64,000 nt of DNA from assembly GCF_009914755.1 (NCBI RefSeq), contig NC_060946.1. The stretch is one strand, 5' to 3'. The notes under the pieces are model-generated. The model was not told where the DNA came from. It saw nothing but the letters and a program-made list of their open reading frames with translations, and searched no databases. The translations under genes and the position numbers were made by a program. The stretch comes from the human T2T-CHM13v2.0 reference genome, Homo sapiens. Of the stretch, positions 61,881 through 64,000 are shown in pieces (position 1 is the stretch's first letter; every line of letters starts with the position of its first letter).

Positions 61881-63462
61881 ATGGAGCCAGGCCCCTGCAG
61901 GGCGGGTGGCTCCCTGCGGGGCAGCCCTGAATTGATGAGGTGCCTGCTCTCTTTGGTCTCCCCTCAGACCCTGGCTGCATGGTCCTGAGACTCCTGGCTC
62001 CGGTCCGGTCCGGAGGCCTTGTCACGCCAAGGCCCTGCCAGCAAGGAAAAGGAGCGCTGAGTAGAGAGAGGACTCACCCCGGGTTCTCTGGGCCAGGCCC
62101 CAGCTGTGCAGGCCCCACCCTCTCTTGGCCACCTCCACCCCAGCTGAGGCTTAGCCGCCAGCCTCCGACATTTGCCACCCGGCCACCTGGTGAGCTCCAG
62201 GCAGGCTGCAGGCGCCAGCTGCCCCCACCTCTGGCTCCGATGAGCTCATCTGGGTTTCCAAACTTCCAAAGCGGCCAGGAATGTTTGCTCAAATGTTCCG
62301 AGCCCAGAGAGCGTTAAGAGCAAACCAGTGCCCTCCGCCCCCCTTCCCTGAGCAGAAAGCAATCTGCTATAACTCAGACAGGCCGGCCTCACCAAGCCCA
62401 GGAGATGGATGCAGCGTTTTGGAATCTATATCACCCAAAAGGAAAATGCCTCTTAAATCACAGGGAGCTGGGAGAGAGCGGGAGCAGGAGGCACCGGGAC
62501 CCAGTGATGTTCCAGAGGTCAGGCCTGGAGGAGGGGAGTATCACCAGGCATGGAGTCACCCTGGTCATCAGTGTGTCTGCTGCACCTTCTTGGCTCAGGT
62601 GGAGAGAGGGAGGCCTGGGGACGCTCCCCTAACTTGAATGCTTGCTGGGTGTGCACACACACGTACATGCACTCATGCACACCTGTGTCCACATGCACAC
62701 ACACATGCACAAAGTGCCCACACTGATTCAGCCCACTCCCAGGTCTGTTGAAATCTCTGCCCATTTTATCCCTCCCTTCCTGGCCCTGGCCACCGCTCTC
62801 CAGACCTGGGCAGCAGCTGGGCTCTAAACCTGATAAAGTCAGGTCACAGACAGCCCTTCACTCATATCCTTAGAACATTCAGTGGATCTATCTTTTGAGA
62901 ATAAAGATCAAATTCCTCACTGCAGTGTGCAAGGCCCTGCATGCCCAGCCCGGGTGACCTTGCCATGCCTGGCCCAGTCCCTCCACCAGAGCTGCACTGG
63001 CCCCTACTGTGCCCTTCTCACCTTCTCCCATCACAGGCCCTGGCAGGGGTTGTGCCCATGGCTGGAGGGCTTTTTGCTCAGTGAAGGCACAGCCACACCT
63101 CAGCTCAGCCGCCACATCCTCAGGGAAATGCCCCCCGCCGCCCCCGGCAACTCCTACCAGATAATCCCGGCACTGGAATGCTCTCTTACCCCCAAGGTCT
63201 GGGTAGCGCAACATCCAGCAGTGTTATCTTCTGGGATCCTTAATGAATCTCAGTCCACCCCACTCCATCAGGAGCACCCAACCAGCAGGGGTTCTTCCTG
63301 GTTTTGGCCACTTCTGTTTGCATTTCATTCATTTTCCGAATGAAGGAGTGAAGGGCCCTTGCAGTCCAGTCTTATGAACTCCTATTCATCCTGCAAGGCC
63401 CTACTTGGTACTTTTCAAACTGCAGATTGTGACCAATTTATAGATTAAAAAGCCATTTAGGG

Positions 63463-63890
63463 AGTGTGGTATACACATACAATGGAATACTCATCAGCCA
63501 CAAAAAGAAATGAAATTCTAGACAGGCACAGTCTTGTAATCCCAGCACTTTGGGAGGCTGAGGCAGGAGGATCGCTTAAGCCCAGATATTTGAGACCAGC
63601 CTGGGCAACATAGGGAGACCCTGTCTCTACAAAAGAATTAAAAATATAGCCAGACATGGTAGCACATGCCTGTGGTCCCAGCTACTCAGGAGGCTGAGGT
63701 GGGAGGATGTCTCAAGCCCAGGGAGTTGAGGCTGCAGTAGCTATGATCATATCACTGAACTCCAGCCTGGGTAACAGAGCAATACCCTGTCTCAAAAAAA
63801 AGAAAAAAGAAAAAAAGAAAGAAATGAAATTCTGACTCATGCTACAACATGGATGAACATTGAAGACATTATGCCAAATGAAATAATCCA
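63463..63890 (+). mobile_element. Old L1 (L1M-type) 3' fragment interrupted by an AluJ-like element (63520-63817)
   Basis: Contains tgtggtatacacatacaatggaatac and catgctacaacatggatgaac. 16-bp TSD AAAGAAATGAAATTCT at 63504-63519 and 63818-63833. Confidence 0.8.
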
Positions 63891-64000
63891 GGCCAGGCAC
63901 GGTGGCTCATGCCTGTAATCCTAGCACTTTGGGAGGCTGAGGTGGGTGGATCACCTAAGGTTGGGACTTCGAGACCAGCGTGACCAACATGGAGAAACCC
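63891..64000 (+). mobile_element. Alu (AluSp-like), cut by the window end
   Basis: ggccaggcacggtggctc...tgaccaacatggagaaaccc. Confidence 0.82.

Overview
Mammalian, almost certainly human, genomic DNA (Alu/MIR/L2-rich) containing nearly the whole MN1 locus on the minus strand. It has a CpG-island promoter (about 53.1 kb), a long GC-rich 5' leader, a large first coding exon (CDS 51858-48078, 3781 nt), one phase-1 intron of 45,666 nt (48077-2412), and exon 2 (CDS 2411-2230, 182 nt) whose 3'UTR runs off the window start. The spliced CDS is 3963 nt, or 1320 aa, with a 28-Gln tract. No other protein-coding gene is supported. I do not see a new multi-gene system. The most notable unexplained signals are: a tailless 39-nt U3 snoRNA retrocopy with a target-site duplication; a ~105-nt near-perfect hairpin in the intron; three uORFs, including an AUG-UGA start-stop, plus an RNA G-quadruplex in the leader; a weak exon-1 donor whose read-through would give a C-terminally truncated MN1; a ~22-kb block with no recognisable transposons and many homeodomain-motif clusters; and a compound (CA)n minisatellite with repeated TGACA motifs upstream of the promoter. 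Repeat family calls come from recalled consensus sequences, and their boundaries are approximate.
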